Shown here: positions 45,680 through 60,229 of the stretch, one piece after another
Position numbering within the stretch: the first letter of the stretch is position 1
Layout: every line of letters starts with the position of its first letter
DNA from: Escherichia coli
GTDB lineage: Bacteria; Pseudomonadota; Gammaproteobacteria; Enterobacterales; Enterobacteriaceae
Strand: one strand, 5' to 3'
Assembly: GCF_030384885.1 (NCBI RefSeq)
Contig: NZ_CP128613.1
DNA length: 64,000 nucleotides
Position numbers and translations under genes: made by a program
Notes under the pieces: model-generated
Told to the model about the DNA's origin: nothing
Seen by the model: the letters and a program-made list of their open reading frames with translations, nothing else
Databases searched by the model: none

Positions 45680-46747
45680 ATGGATAAGAGTAAGCGCCAT
45701 CTGGCGTGGTGGGTTGTCGGGTTACTGGCAGTGGTTGCTGTCGTGGCATGGTGGCTGTTGCGCCCGGCAGGTGTGCCGGAAGGCTTTGCCGTCAGCAATG
45801 GGCGTATTGAAGCGACAGAAGTGGATATCGCCAGCAAAATTGCCGGGCGTATCGACACCATTCTGGTGAAAGAAGGCCAGTTTGTTCGTGAAGGTGAAGT
45901 ATTGGCGAAGATGGATACTCGCGTGTTGCAGGAACAGCGACTGGAAGCCATCGCGCAAATCAAAGAGGCACAAAGCGCAGTTGCCGCCGCGCAGGCTTTG
46001 CTGGAGCAACGGCAAAGCGAAACTCGCGCCGCACAGTCGCTGGTTAATCAACGCCAGGCAGAACTGGACTCCGTGGCTAAACGTCATACGCGTTCCCGCT
46101 CACTCGCCCAACGAGGGGCTATTTCTGCGCAACAGCTGGACGACGACCGCGCCGCTGCTGAAAGCGCCCGTGCTGCGCTGGAATCGGCAAAAGCCCAGGT
46201 TTCGGCTTCTAAAGCGGCTATAGAAGCGGCACGTACCAATATCATTCAGGCGCAAACGCGCGTCGAAGCGGCACAAGCCACTGAGCGGCGCATTGCCGCA
46301 GATATCGATGATAGTGAACTGAAAGCCCCGCGTGACGGACGCGTGCAGTATCGGGTTGCTGAACCAGGCGAAGTGCTGGCAGCAGGCGGTCGGGTGCTGA
46401 ATATGGTCGATCTCAGCGACGTCTATATGACCTTCTTCCTGCCAACCGAACAGGCGGGCACGCTGAAACTGGGCGGTGAAGCACGGCTAATCCTCGATGC
46501 CGCGCCAGATCTGCGTATTCCGGCGACCATCAGTTTTGTCGCCAGCGTCGCCCAGTTCACGCCAAAAACTGTCGAAACCAGCGATGAACGACTGAAACTG
46601 ATGTTCCGCGTCAAAGCGCGTATCCCACCGGAATTACTCCAGCAACATCTGGAATATGTCAAAACCGGATTGCCGGGCGTAGCGTGGGTGCGGGTGAACG
46701 AAGAACTTCCGTGGCCTGACGACCTTGCGGTGAGGTTGCCGCAATGA
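45680..46747 (+). CDS. yhiI: HlyD-family membrane fusion protein
   Basis: 355-aa product from internal ATG; N-terminal TM then coiled-coil-rich periplasmic domain; stop overlaps rbbA start (ATGA). Confidence 0.88.
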   Translation: MDKSKRHLAWWVVGLLAVVAVVAWWLLRPAGVPEGFAVSNGRIEATEVDIASKIAGRIDTILVKEGQFVREGEVLAKMDTRVLQEQRLEAIAQIKEAQSAVAAAQALLEQRQSETRAAQSLVNQRQAELDSVAKRHTRSRSLAQRGAISAQQLDDDRAAAESARAALESAKAQVSASKAAIEAARTNIIQAQTRVEAAQATERRIAADIDDSELKAPRDGRVQYRVAEPGEVLAAGGRVLNMVDLSDVYMTFFLPTEQAGTLKLGGEARLILDAAPDLRIPATISFVASVAQFTPKTVETSDERLKLMFRVKARIPPELLQQHLEYVKTGLPGVAWVRVNEELPWPDDLAVRLPQ

Positions 46748-49479
46748 CGCATCTGGAACTGGTTCCCGTCCCGCCTGTCGCGCAACTGGCGGGCGTGAGC
46801 CAGCATTATGGAAAAACCGTTGCGCTGAACAATATCACTCTCGATATTCCGGCCCGCTGCATGGTCGGGCTGATTGGCCCGGACGGCGTTGGGAAGTCGA
46901 GTTTGTTGTCACTGATTTCCGGTGCCCGCGTCATTGAGCAGGGCAACGTGATCGTGCTGGGCGGCGATATGCGCGACCCGAGGCATCGCCGTGACGTCTG
47001 CCCGCGCATTGCCTGGATGCCGCAGGGACTGGGCAAAAACCTCTACCACACCTTGTCGGTGTATGAAAACGTCGATTTTTTCGCCCGCCTGTTCGGTCAC
47101 GACAAAGCGGAGCGGGAAGTCCGAATTAATGAGCTGCTGACCAGCACCGGGTTAGCACCGTTTCGCGATCGTCCGGCAGGTAAACTCTCCGGCGGGATGA
47201 AGCAAAAGCTGGGGCTGTGCTGTGCGTTAATCCACGACCCGGAATTGTTGATTCTTGATGAGCCAACAACGGGGGTTGACCCGCTCTCTCGCGCCCAGTT
47301 CTGGGATCTGATCGACAGTATTCGCCAGCGGCAGAGCAATATGAGCGTGCTGGTTGCCACCGCCTATATGGAAGAGGCGGAACGCTTCGACTGGCTGGTA
47401 GCGATGAATGCCGGAGAAGTACTGGCGACTGGCAGCGCCGAAGAACTGCGGCAGCAAACGCAAAGCGCCACGCTGGAAGAAGCATTTATAAATCTGTTAC
47501 CGCAAGCACAACGGCAGGCGCATCAGGCGGTAGTGATCCCACCGTATCAACCTGAAAACGCAGAGATTGCCATCGAAGCGCGCGATCTGACCATGCGTTT
47601 TGGTTCCTTCGTTGCCGTTGATCACGTCAATTTCCGCATTCCACGCGGGGAGATTTTTGGCTTCCTCGGTTCGAACGGCTGCGGTAAATCCACCACCATG
47701 AAAATGCTTACCGGACTGCTGCCTGCCAGCGAAGGTGAGGCGTGGCTGTTCGGGCAACCGGTTGATCCAAAAGATATCGATACTCGCCGTCGGGTGGGCT
47801 ATATGTCGCAGGCGTTTTCGCTCTATAACGAACTCACCGTGCGGCAAAACCTGGAGTTACATGCCCGTTTGTTTCACATTCCGGAAGCGGAAATTCCCGC
47901 GCGAGTGGCTGAAATGAGTGAGCGTTTTAAGCTCAACGACGTTGAAGATGTTCTGCCGGAGTCATTGCCGCTCGGCATTCGCCAGCGGCTTTCGCTGGCG
48001 GTGGCGGTGATTCATCGCCCGGAGATGTTAATCCTCGATGAGCCAACTTCTGGCGTCGATCCGGTGGCGAGGGATATGTTCTGGCAGTTAATGGTCGATC
48101 TTTCGCGCCAGGACAAAGTGACCATTTTCATCTCCACCCACTTTATGAACGAAGCGGAACGCTGCGACCGCATCTCACTAATGCACGCCGGAAAAGTGCT
48201 TGCCAGCGGTACCCCGCAGGAACTGGTTGAGAAACGCGGAGCCGCCAGTCTGGAAGAGGCATTTATCGCCTATTTGCAGGAAGCGGCAGGGCAGAGCAAC
48301 GAAGCCGAAGCGCCGCCTGTGGTACATGACACCACCCACGCGCCGCGTCAGGGATTTAGCCTGCGACGTCTGTTTAGCTACAGCCGTCGCGAAGCACTGG
48401 AACTGCGCCGCGATCCGGTACGTTCGACGCTGGCGCTGATGGGAACGGTGATCCTGATGCTGATAATGGGTTACGGCATCAGTATGGATGTGGAAAATCT
48501 GCGCTTTGCGGTGCTCGACCGTGACCAGACCGTCAGTAGCCAGGCGTGGACGCTCAATCTCTCCGGTTCCCGTTACTTTATCGAGCAGCCGCCGCTCACC
48601 AGTTATGACGAGCTTGATCGCCGGATGCGTGCGGGCGATATCACCGTGGCTATTGAAATCCCACCCAATTTCGGGCGCGATATCGCGCGGGGTACGCCCG
48701 TGGAACTCGGTGTCTGGATCGACGGTGCGATGCCGAGTCGCGCCGAAACGGTAAAAGGTTACGTGCAGGCCATGCACCAGAGCTGGCTACAGGATGTGGC
48801 GAGTCGGCAATCCACGCCCGCGAGCCAAAGCGGGCTGATGAATATTGAGACACGCTATCGCTATAACCCGGACGTAAAAAGCCTGCCAGCGATTGTTCCG
48901 GCGGTGATCCCGCTGTTGCTGATGATGATTCCGTCGATGTTAAGCGCCCTTAGCGTAGTGCGGGAAAAAGAGTTGGGGTCGATTATCAACCTTTACGTGA
49001 CTCCTACCACCCGTAGCGAATTTTTGCTTGGCAAACAGCTACCGTACATCGGGCTGGGAATGCTGAACTTTTTCCTGCTCTGCGCCCTGTCGGTGTTTGT
49101 GTTTGGCGTGCCGCATAAAGGCAGTTTCCTGACGCTCACCCTGGCGGCGCTGCTGTATATCATCATTGCCACCGGAATGGGGCTGCTGCTCTCTACTTTT
49201 ATGAAAAGCCAGATTGCCGCCATTTTCGGTACGGCGATTATCACGTTGATTCCGGCGACACAGTTTTCCGGGATGATCGATCCGGTAGCTTCGCTGGAAG
49301 GTCCGGGACGTTGGATCGGCGAGGTTTACCCGACCAGTCATTTTCTGACTATCGCCCGCGGGACGTTCTCGAAGGCGCTGGATCTGACTGATTTGTGGCA
49401 ACTTTTTATCCCGTTGCTGATAGCCATTCCACTGGTGATGGGCTTAAGCATCCTGCTGCTGAAAAAACAGGAGGGATGA
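46744..49479 (+). CDS. rbbA: fused ABC ATPase(x2)-permease, ribosome-associated ATPase RbbA
   Basis: 911-aa ORF with two Walker A motifs ([18 protein letters not shown]), two LSGG signature motifs and a C-terminal ABC-2 permease domain. Confidence 0.92.
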   Translation: MTHLELVPVPPVAQLAGVSQHYGKTVALNNITLDIPARCMVGLIGPDGVGKSSLLSLISGARVIEQGNVIVLGGDMRDPRHRRDVCPRIAWMPQGLGKNLYHTLSVYENVDFFARLFGHDKAEREVRINELLTSTGLAPFRDRPAGKLSGGMKQKLGLCCALIHDPELLILDEPTTGVDPLSRAQFWDLIDSIRQRQSNMSVLVATAYMEEAERFDWLVAMNAGEVLATGSAEELRQQTQSATLEEAFINLLPQAQRQAHQAVVIPPYQPENAEIAIEARDLTMRFGSFVAVDHVNFRIPRGEIFGFLGSNGCGKSTTMKMLTGLLPASEGEAWLFGQPVDPKDIDTRRRVGYMSQAFSLYNELTVRQNLELHARLFHIPEAEIPARVAEMSERFKLNDVEDVLPESLPLGIRQRLSLAVAVIHRPEMLILDEPTSGVDPVARDMFWQLMVDLSRQDKVTIFISTHFMNEAERCDRISLMHAGKVLASGTPQELVEKRGAASLEEAFIAYLQEAAGQSNEAEAPPVVHDTTHAPRQGFSLRRLFSYSRREALELRRDPVRSTLALMGTVILMLIMGYGISMDVENLRFAVLDRDQTVSSQAWTLNLSGSRYFIEQPPLTSYDELDRRMRAGDITVAIEIPPNFGRDIARGTPVELGVWIDGAMPSRAETVKGYVQAMHQSWLQDVASRQSTPASQSGLMNIETRYRYNPDVKSLPAIVPAVIPLLLMMIPSMLSALSVVREKELGSIINLYVTPTTRSEFLLGKQLPYIGLGMLNFFLLCALSVFVFGVPHKGSFLTLTLAALLYIIIATGMGLLLSTFMKSQIAAIFGTAIITLIPATQFSGMIDPVASLEGPGRWIGEVYPTSHFLTIARGTFSKALDLTDLWQLFIPLLIAIPLVMGLSILLLKKQEG

Positions 49480-50603
49480 TGCGCCATTTACGCAATATTT
49501 TTAATCTGGGTATCAAAGAGTTGCGCAGTCTGCTCGGTGATAAAGCGATGCTGACGTTGATTGTCTTCTCGTTTACAGTGTCGGTGTATTCGTCAGCGAC
49601 CGTCACGCCAGGATCATTGAACCTCGCGCCGATCGCCATTGCCGATATGGATCAATCGCAGTTATCGAACCGGATCGTTAACAGCTTCTATCGCCCGTGG
49701 TTTTTGCCACCGGAGATGATCACCGCCGATGAGATGGATGCCGGGCTGGACGCCGGGCGCTATACCTTCGCGATAAATATTCCGCCTAATTTTCAGCGTG
49801 ATGTCCTCGCCGGACGCCAGCCGGATATTCAGGTGAATGTCGATGCCACGCGCATGAGCCAGGCATTCACTGGCAACGGTTATATCCAGAATATTATCAA
49901 CGGTGAAGTGAACAGCTTTGTCGCGCGCTACCGTGATAACAGCGAACCGTTGGTATCGCTGGAAACCCGCATGCGCTTTAACCCGAACCTCGATCCCGCA
50001 TGGTTTGGCGGGGTGATGGCGATCATCAACAACATTACCATGCTGGCGATTGTGCTGACCGGATCGGCGCTGATCCGCGAGCGTGAACACGGCACGGTGG
50101 AACACTTACTGGTGATGCCGATAACGCCGTTTGAGATCATGATGGCGAAGGTCTGGTCGATGGGGCTGGTGGTGCTGGTGGTATCGGGATTATCGCTGGT
50201 GCTGATGGTAAAAGGCGTGCTGGGCGTACCGATTGAAGGCTCGATCCCGCTGTTTATGCTTGGCGTGGCGCTCAGTCTGTTTGCCACTACGTCAATCGGT
50301 ATTTTTATGGGGACGATAGCGCGTTCGATGCCACAACTGGGGCTGTTGGTGATTCTGGTGCTGCTGCCGCTGCAAATGCTTTCTGGTGGATCCACGCCGC
50401 GCGAAAGTATGCCGCAGATGGTGCAGGACATTATGCTGACCATGCCGACGACACACTTTGTCAGCCTCGCGCAGGCCATCCTCTACCGGGGTGCCGGATT
50501 CGAAATCGTCTGGCCGCAGTTCCTGACGTTGATGGCAATTGGCGGCGCGTTTTTCACCATCGCGCTGCTGCGATTCAGGAAGACGATTGGGACAATGGCG
50601 TAA
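49479..50603 (+). CDS. yhhJ: ABC-2 family permease
   Basis: 374-aa product from the ATG overlapping the rbbA stop (gATGAtg); multi-TM. Confidence 0.85.
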   Translation: MRHLRNIFNLGIKELRSLLGDKAMLTLIVFSFTVSVYSSATVTPGSLNLAPIAIADMDQSQLSNRIVNSFYRPWFLPPEMITADEMDAGLDAGRYTFAINIPPNFQRDVLAGRQPDIQVNVDATRMSQAFTGNGYIQNIINGEVNSFVARYRDNSEPLVSLETRMRFNPNLDPAWFGGVMAIINNITMLAIVLTGSALIREREHGTVEHLLVMPITPFEIMMAKVWSMGLVVLVVSGLSLVLMVKGVLGVPIEGSIPLFMLGVALSLFATTSIGIFMGTIARSMPQLGLLVILVLLPLQMLSGGSTPRESMPQMVQDIMLTMPTTHFVSLAQAILYRGAGFEIVWPQFLTLMAIGGAFFTIALLRFRKTIGTMA

Positions 50604-50611
50604 TTACGGGC

Positions 50612-53414
<2,803 letters not shown>

Positions 53415-53418
<4 letters not shown>

Positions 53419-54359
53419 GCGTGCGCTCCTTCATGACGACGAATGCGCGGGTCCAGCGCGGCGTTGAGCAAATCGACAATCAAATTACAGACCACAAAAA
53501 CCACCACCATCATCAGCGTAAAGCATTGGATCACCGGATAGTCACGGTTGAAAATCGCCGACACCGCATAGCGCCCGACGCCCGGCCAGGCAAAGATGTT
53601 TTCGATAATCATCGTCCCGCCAATCAGTTCGCCAATGTGCATCCCCACGGCGGTGATCATCGGCAGCGAGGCATTGCGCAGGATATGGCGGCGTTCGGTC
53701 TGTTTGTCGTTCAGGCCGCGCAGTCGCGCCCAGGTCACATGACGCTGACCCGCGACGTCCAGCATACTGGCGCGCAGCAGACGCGCGTTAATCGCCAGCG
53801 ACATAAAAGCGATGGAAACCGCAGGCAAAATGATATGCTGCCAGCCGCCGTAACCCATCGCGGGCAGCCATTGCAGATACACTGAAAATGCCATCACCAG
53901 TAAAAACGCCAACCAGAAGTTAGGCATCGACACGCCAAGAAACGCGATAATACGCACGGCGAAATCCGGCAGGCGGTCGCGATGGCGCGCCGCCCAGATG
54001 CCGAGCGGCACGGAAGTGAGCAGAATTAACACTAGCGCCGCGCCCGCCAGTTCCAGCGTGGCGGGTAGGAAGGTCAGCATATCGTCCAGCACCGGGCGTT
54101 GGCTGGCGAATGAGATACCAAAGTCAAGATGCAGCGCTTTCCACAACCAGGTTCCGTACTGCACGTACAACGGCTGATCCAGCCCCAGCATGGTGCGGGT
54201 AGAAGCCAGCATTTCCGGCGTCGGCGGCAGGTTAGACAGACGCAGATAATCGAGCGCAGGGTCACCGGTGCCGAGGCGCAGCATCAGAAAAATGATCACC
54301 GAGGCGGCGAGCACCATCGGGATCAGCAGCAGAAAGCGGCGTAATACATAACGCAACAT
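53415..54359 (-). CDS. nikB: nickel ABC transporter permease
   Basis: 314-aa multi-TM ORF. Confidence 0.93.
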
Positions 54360-55933
54360 TAAGGTTTCACCGGTTTAATTTGTTCGAACGGGATTTCGGT
54401 GGCGATCGGCGCGTAGGGGATGTTACCCAGTTCCGGTTTTGAAACCACCATCATTGAGATATAGCTGATGGGCAGATAAACCGCCTCGTCATGCAGACGG
54501 GTCAGAATGTCGCGATACAGTGCCTGACGTTGTGTTTCGTCGTGTGTCGCCAGCACTTCGCCAATCTCTTTATCAATCAGTGGCTTGTCGGCTAAACCTT
54601 GCTGTGCCTGGAAGTCAGCGTGCGACGGTACGCGCATTGAACTCAGGAAGGCGTGTGGATCGTATGGCGCGCCCCAGGTACGGTGGAAAATCATGCCAAA
54701 ACGACCGTCGCGCTGACGAGCATAGATACTGCTCTCTTCTTCGCCGATCAGCGTGACATCCGCGCCAATCTGGCGCATATCAGCCTGAATGATTTCGGCC
54801 ATTGATTTGCTTAACGCATCGGTGCCGATGAACGACAGTTCAATGCGCAGCGGCTGACCATTTTTCTCGCGGATGTCTTTGCCTGCGGGCAGCGTCCAGC
54901 CTGCTTGTTCCAGCAACGCTTTCGCTTTCTGCGGATCGTACTGGCGCGGTTTCAGGCCGAGATTGGCATAGGGCACGGAAGGGGCAAACAGGGTGTCGGC
55001 GACCTGCTGGGTGCCATACAACGCGTTATCGATCAGCGATTTTTTGTTTACCGCGTAATTGAGAGCTTCACGTACGGCCAACTCGTTGGTGGGGGCTTTT
55101 GCAGTATTGAGCGCCAGCATCACGGTTTCGATCGGCTGTGACAGTTGGGTGTGGTAAGCCGGGTTCTGGCTAAAGTGGGCGAAGGTATCGAGCGGTAATA
55201 GCCCTTCATTACCGTATAGCAGATCGATATCGCCGGTTTCAAACGCCACCGCGCGGGTGGTCGGGTCCGGGATCACGTTAAAAGTGATCTTTTTAATCGC
55301 CGACTTTTCGCCCCAGTAGTTTTCGTTACGGACGAAGACATCGTATTGATTCAGTTTCGATTCCTGCAAAACCCACGGCCCGGTGCCAATCGGCGCTTTA
55401 ATCCCGTTCATGGTTTCATTATTTTTAAACTGCGAGGGGGCGATAAAGCGGAAAGGACGGGGCAGGGCCAGTTCTTGCAGGAAAGGGTAGTAGGCGCTTT
55501 TCAGGGTGATTTGCAGCTCGGTTTTACTGAGAGCTTTGACATCAACAATCTGGTTTGCCAGCTCCAGCCAGGCGTGACGTTGACGGTTGTCGAGCACAGC
55601 GCGGAAGTTTTCTGCCGCGGCCTCTGCATCAAACGGTTCACCGTTAGAGAATTTCACATCATCACGCAGGGTGAAGGTCCAGGTTTTGCCATCTTCTGAA
55701 TGGGTCCAGCTTTTTGCCAGCCACGGGCTCACCGAGCCATCTGCCTGATATTTCACCAGTGGTTCATAAACCATGCTCTGGGCGAACATCTGGTTGGGTG
55801 TGTAAAGGTGCGGGTTTAGTGGCCCGACATTCACCGGCCAGGCGGTGGTGATTTCATCTGGTGCAGCGGCATGGACGATAAAAGACGCACAAGCCAGCAG
55901 CGCAAATAGAGTGCGGCGGAGTGTGGAGAGCAT
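54359..55933 (-). CDS. nikA: periplasmic nickel-binding protein
   Basis: 524-aa ORF with signal peptide, family-5 solute-binding protein. Confidence 0.93.
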   Translation of the reverse strand: MLSTLRRTLFALLACASFIVHAAAPDEITTAWPVNVGPLNPHLYTPNQMFAQSMVYEPLVKYQADGSVSPWLAKSWTHSEDGKTWTFTLRDDVKFSNGEPFDAEAAAENFRAVLDNRQRHAWLELANQIVDVKALSKTELQITLKSAYYPFLQELALPRPFRFIAPSQFKNNETMNGIKAPIGTGPWVLQESKLNQYDVFVRNENYWGEKSAIKKITFNVIPDPTTRAVAFETGDIDLLYGNEGLLPLDTFAHFSQNPAYHTQLSQPIETVMLALNTAKAPTNELAVREALNYAVNKKSLIDNALYGTQQVADTLFAPSVPYANLGLKPRQYDPQKAKALLEQAGWTLPAGKDIREKNGQPLRIELSFIGTDALSKSMAEIIQADMRQIGADVTLIGEEESSIYARQRDGRFGMIFHRTWGAPYDPHAFLSSMRVPSHADFQAQQGLADKPLIDKEIGEVLATHDETQRQALYRDILTRLHDEAVYLPISYISMMVVSKPELGNIPYAPIATEIPFEQIKPVKP

Positions 55934-55970
55934 GGTAACCCCAATGGATTAAAATAGATGGCGGAAATAA

Positions 55971-55998
55971 GTATGACGATTTTAAATATTCGTCATAC
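55971..55998. promoter_or_regulatory. NikR operator GTATGA-N16-TCATAC upstream of nikA
   Basis: Exact GTATGAcgattttaaatattcgTCATAC dyad about 40 bp upstream of nikA start. Confidence 0.75.
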
Positions 55999-56043
55999 TG
56001 ATAACCTGTTCTGGATCAATAGATGGGCAGTCGGATAGGCTGA

Positions 56044-56631
56044 TCAGTTAATTGAATCGATCCATTGCACACTGTCGGCGGTGAGCGTAAAGGGAGTAGG
56101 GGTGCAGATCGCCAGACTTAAATTTTCAAGCTGACAATGGCTGACTGACAGCGAGGACTGATAGGTGCTGTCTACGCTGACGATTTGCCAGGCGCTGCCG
56201 CCACGTTGTTTAACGATGGCTTCTTTGCGTGTCCAGATGCGCCAGAACATTTCCAGTTGCTGATCTGGATGCACGGCGTCCATCTCGGCATGTTCTCCGA
56301 GGCTGAACACCGCGTTCGCCAGCCAGCGCCAGTTGGCACGCGGGCGAATCACTTCGATATCGCAGCCGACTTCGCCCTCATCGCTCAACAGTAGGGCAAT
56401 ATCGTCACCGCTATGGCTTAAGTTGAACCATAGCGGCGTTTCCGGCGCGAATGCAGGTTTGCCTTGTTCGCCATAGATGATCTCCGGTAGCGGGGAAAGC
56501 GTGTGTGAAAGCAATGCACGCCCCGCCAGCCAGCGTTCGCGCCGTGGGCCTTGCGGTGCTTGCTCGCGCAAAGCCGGTGGCAGTGGAGCTGCGCTTAAGG
56601 TCGAAACTTTCCCCAGAACTATCCGATACAT
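56044..56631 (-). CDS. acpT: 4'-phosphopantetheinyl transferase (holo-ACP synthase 2)
   Basis: 195-aa ORF, Sfp/EntD-type PPTase; start codon 1 nt from upstream KS stop. Confidence 0.9.
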   Translation of the reverse strand: MYRIVLGKVSTLSAAPLPPALREQAPQGPRRERWLAGRALLSHTLSPLPEIIYGEQGKPAFAPETPLWFNLSHSGDDIALLLSDEGEVGCDIEVIRPRANWRWLANAVFSLGEHAEMDAVHPDQQLEMFWRIWTRKEAIVKQRGGSAWQIVSVDSTYQSSLSVSHCQLENLSLAICTPTPFTLTADSVQWIDSIN

Positions 56632-56632
56632 A

Positions 56633-57862
56633 TCAGGGCCAACGTTTTATGATGATGGATGTATTAATGCCGCCAAAGGCAAAGTTGTTACTCTGCAAAA
56701 ACTCACAATCAATCTTGCGCGCTTCATGCATGATGTAATCCAGCTCGCCACAGTTAGGGTCTGGTTTATTCAGGTTTAGCGTAGGCGCAAACCAGCCTTC
56801 TCGCATCATTTGCAGACTCATCCAGGCTTCGAGCGCGCCACAGGCACCAAGCGTATGACCAAAATAACTTTTCAGCGAGGAGAGCGGCACATTATCACCG
56901 TAAATGGTTGCTGTCGCCAGACTTTCTGCCACATCACCACGATCGGTCGCCGTACCATGCGCCGAAATATAGCCGATATCACTTGCACTTAACCCGGCGA
57001 TTTTTAACGATTTTTCCATACAATATTGCATGGTCTCACGCTGAGGCTGGGTAATATGTGCCGCGTCGCAGTTGGTGGCAAAGCCAACGATTTCACCGTA
57101 AATGGTCGCGCCGCGCGCTTTGGCGTGCTCCAGTTCTTCGAGAATCAGCGTGCCTGCGCCTTCGCCAATCACCAGCCCGTCGCGGTTTTCATCGAACGGT
57201 GAAGGGGTGGTTTTCGGCGCGTCATTATGCTGGCTGGTGGCGAAAAGCGTATCAAATACCGCCGCTTCTGAAGGGCATAACTCTTCGGCGCCACCAGCAA
57301 CCATCACCGTTTGATAACCGTGACGAATGGCTTCCCACGCATAACCGATCGCCTGGCTGCCGGAGGTACAGGCGCTGGAGGTTGGGATCACCCGTCCGCG
57401 CAGGCCAAAAAATAGCCCGGTATTAACGGCGGTGGTGTGCGGCATCATCTGCACATAGGTGGTGCCAGTGATGTTGTTCGTGTGCTTTTCCGTCAGCATG
57501 GTGGCGAACTCGCTCACCGGACCGGTACTGCCGGTCGATGAACCGTACGCAATGCCCGTTTCACCGCTGGTTAATATCGGATCGCCAATCAACCCTGCCT
57601 GCTCTAACGCCAGCTCGCTGGCTCGGGTCGACATTTGCGACACGCGGCCCATCGCACGGATACGCTTGCGGGTGTAGTGCTCCGGTAGTGTGAAATCATC
57701 AATCGGCGCGCCAAGCAGGGTGTGCAGACCATCGTAGACCTGCCACTCCGGCATTTTGCGTACTGCATTCTCATACGCCAGCAGGCGCGCGGAAACGTCC
57801 TGCCAGTTTTCACCAAAGGCAGTCACGCCGCCCATTCCTGTAATTACCACGCGACGTGTCAT
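56633..57862 (-). CDS. beta-ketoacyl-ACP synthase (FabB/FabF-like; apeR-position KS)
   Basis: 409-aa ORF; active-site Cys in SSACTSGS, His motifs in SAHGTATDRGD and FGHTLGACG. Confidence 0.85.
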   Translation of the reverse strand: MTRRVVITGMGGVTAFGENWQDVSARLLAYENAVRKMPEWQVYDGLHTLLGAPIDDFTLPEHYTRKRIRAMGRVSQMSTRASELALEQAGLIGDPILTSGETGIAYGSSTGSTGPVSEFATMLTEKHTNNITGTTYVQMMPHTTAVNTGLFFGLRGRVIPTSSACTSGSQAIGYAWEAIRHGYQTVMVAGGAEELCPSEAAVFDTLFATSQHNDAPKTTPSPFDENRDGLVIGEGAGTLILEELEHAKARGATIYGEIVGFATNCDAAHITQPQRETMQYCMEKSLKIAGLSASDIGYISAHGTATDRGDVAESLATATIYGDNVPLSSLKSYFGHTLGACGALEAWMSLQMMREGWFAPTLNLNKPDPNCGELDYIMHEARKIDCEFLQSNNFAFGGINTSIIIKRWP

Positions 57863-58590
57863 AACATCCCTCCGTTGATGGAAATAACCTGGCGGGTGAC
57901 GTAACCCGCAATATCAGACATTAAATAGCTGGCAAGCCCGGCAACTTCTTCCGCCTGGCCCATGCGTTTCATGGGGATCATCGACATTGCCTCTTTCAGA
58001 GCGCTCTCTTCCATTTCGATCATCCCGGTATCAATAAGCCCCGGCGCGATGCAGTTGACGGTGATTTTGCGCTTCGCGAGTTCGATAGCCAGTGCTTTTG
58101 TTGCGCCGATAATTCCGGCTTTGGCAGCGCTGTAGTTCACCTGGCCGCGATTGCCCATTACGCCGGAAACCGAGGACAGCGTGATGATGCGTCCACCCTG
58201 GCGTGCGCCGATCATCGGCATAATGCACGGCTGAATGACGTTGTAGAAACTGTCGAGGTTGGTGTGGATCACCGCATCCCAGTCGTCATCGCTTAAAGCC
58301 GGAAAAGCGGCATCGCGGGCGATCCCGGCGTTACTAACCACGCCGTACCAGGCACCGTGTTGCGCGATCTCGTGCTCCAGCACTTCCCGACACTGTTCGC
58401 GGTTTGCGACGTCGAAACTGAGCAAACGCCCGTTACCACCGTTGGCGACAATGGTATTCAGCGTTTCCTGAGCGCCTGTGGCGTCACGGTGATAGTGAAC
58501 GCCAATATTAAAGCCGTCTGCCGCCAGTTGGCAGGCGATGGCGCGACCAATGCCTTTGCTGGCACCAGTAACCAGAACTGAACGACTCAT
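57859..58590 (-). CDS. 3-oxoacyl-ACP reductase (SDR, FabG-like; apeQ-position)
   Basis: 243-aa ORF; Rossmann TGASKGIGRA, SDR catalytic YSAAK. Confidence 0.88.
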   Translation of the reverse strand: MSRSVLVTGASKGIGRAIACQLAADGFNIGVHYHRDATGAQETLNTIVANGGNGRLLSFDVANREQCREVLEHEIAQHGAWYGVVSNAGIARDAAFPALSDDDWDAVIHTNLDSFYNVIQPCIMPMIGARQGGRIITLSSVSGVMGNRGQVNYSAAKAGIIGATKALAIELAKRKITVNCIAPGLIDTGMIEMEESALKEAMSMIPMKRMGQAEEVAGLASYLMSDIAGYVTRQVISINGGML

Positions 58591-59054
58591 CAGGACGCTC
58601 CTTGTTGAAACAGGGTGGTAAGTTCTTCCGCGGTCGGCTGGAAGGTGTTAATGCGGCCCGTTGCCTCGCCGTCGTTGATGCTGCACTCAAAACTACCGAA
58701 GCGTTCATCTTGCATCAGCAGTTTGACGGTAATGGTCAGCGTCTGGCCTGCGGGCAGAATGCCAGCGGCGCAAAGCAATTCACGCGCGCCCAGTACCATC
58801 CCTAACTCAATACTGTTTTTGCCCTGCTGGTGGCGATGCCAGCCAGACCAGACGCCGACGGTTTGCGCCATCAGTTCAAGGGCAAACCAGCCAGGGAGAT
58901 TGCCGTCCGGGTCGAGAAACGGTGCCAGTACACCACTGGGCGAAACCGTCACGCGGCACACGGCGCTGTCATCGCTGACGCTCACCACTTCTTCCAGCAG
59001 CAACATGGGCGCATCGTGGGGCAGATAAGCGCCGGGTGATAAATAGTGGCTCAC
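58590..59054 (-). CDS. hotdog-fold 3-hydroxyacyl-ACP dehydratase (FabA/FabZ-like; apeP-position)
   Basis: 154-aa ORF, hotdog dehydratase-like, translationally coupled to neighbours. Confidence 0.75.
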   Translation of the reverse strand: MSHYLSPGAYLPHDAPMLLLEEVVSVSDDSAVCRVTVSPSGVLAPFLDPDGNLPGWFALELMAQTVGVWSGWHRHQQGKNSIELGMVLGARELLCAAGILPAGQTLTITVKLLMQDERFGSFECSINDGEATGRINTFQPTAEELTTLFQQGAS

Positions 59055-60229
59055 GAAACCCTCCCGAGCAGAATGCTGGCGTTATTGCCGCCAAAGGCGA
59101 AGGAATTGGACAGGATCACCGGACGTGCCAGCGGCTGTGGTTTTTCGATAATGCCGCACGGTGGCAGCGTGGGATCGCGTGGCGACAGGCTGAAGTCCTG
59201 AGCGGGCAGCGGTAAATCACGCTGTAAGATCAACATACTGATTGCCGCCTCGGTAATGCCCGCCGCGCCCAGCGTGTGTCCGGTCAAATGTTTGGTGGAG
59301 CTGCACGGTACGCGTTCGCCAAACAGGGCGTTAACCACTATTGATTCAATCTGGTCGTTGAGTTGTGTGGCGGTGCCGTGCAGGTTGATATAGCCGACGT
59401 CATCTGGCGTAAGCTGCGCATCGGTCAGCGCCTGGTTAATAGCGCGGATTGCCCCTTCGCCCTGCGGATGCGGGGCCGAAATATGGTAAGCGTCGCTCGA
59501 TTCACCAACGCCCAGTAACGCGATGGGCTGCGGTTCACGGGTCAGCAGCATTAGCCCCGCGCCTTCGCCAATGGTGATGCCCGCACGGTCACGACCAAAC
59601 GGCTGACATAAGGTTGGCGACAGCGATTCGAGGCTGTGAAAACCGTTAATTGGCATCCGGCTCAGGGTGTCTGCGCCACCCACAATGGCGGCATCGACCA
59701 GCCCCGCTTCGATAAGCCTGCGCCCGCTGATCATCGCTCTGGCGCTGGAAGAGCAGGCGGTTGAAAGAGTATATGCCGGGCCGTCGAGCGCCAGCCAGTG
59801 GCTGAGAAAACGCGACGGATCGCCGAGTTCCTGCTGCGCGTAGTGCCATGTGGTGCTTGGCTGCCCGTGGGTGCGCAGGTTAACGTGCGTGTCGCCTTCA
59901 TGCAGGCCGGAGGTGCTGGTGCCAAGCACAATCGCAATGCGCTCGCGGCCATATTTTGCGATGGCGTCATCAACCTGCGGCTGGATCTGCGCCAGCGCCG
60001 CCAGCAGGATCTGATTGTTGCGCGAGCGGTGCGCAGCGAATTTTTCCGGGATAAGCGGAAGCTCGCCATCCACGCCAGCCAGGACCGCCTGCGGATGCCC
60101 CTGCAACCAGCCTGCGCGTGGGCGCATTCCGGGAGCAACACCGCGAGTCAGGTTGGCTGCGATCTCATCAAGATTATTTCCCAGGGCGTTGATCATGCCA
60201 ACGGCGGAAATATAAATCATATTAGTCAC
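59051..60229 (-). CDS. beta-ketoacyl-ACP synthase (apeO-position KS)
   Basis: 392-aa ORF; thiolase fold, Cys in STACSSSARAM, HGTATQLND, GHTLGAAG. Confidence 0.85.
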   Translation of the reverse strand: MTNMIYISAVGMINALGNNLDEIAANLTRGVAPGMRPRAGWLQGHPQAVLAGVDGELPLIPEKFAAHRSRNNQILLAALAQIQPQVDDAIAKYGRERIAIVLGTSTSGLHEGDTHVNLRTHGQPSTTWHYAQQELGDPSRFLSHWLALDGPAYTLSTACSSSARAMISGRRLIEAGLVDAAIVGGADTLSRMPINGFHSLESLSPTLCQPFGRDRAGITIGEGAGLMLLTREPQPIALLGVGESSDAYHISAPHPQGEGAIRAINQALTDAQLTPDDVGYINLHGTATQLNDQIESIVVNALFGERVPCSSTKHLTGHTLGAAGITEAAISMLILQRDLPLPAQDFSLSPRDPTLPPCGIIEKPQPLARPVILSNSFAFGGNNASILLGRVS

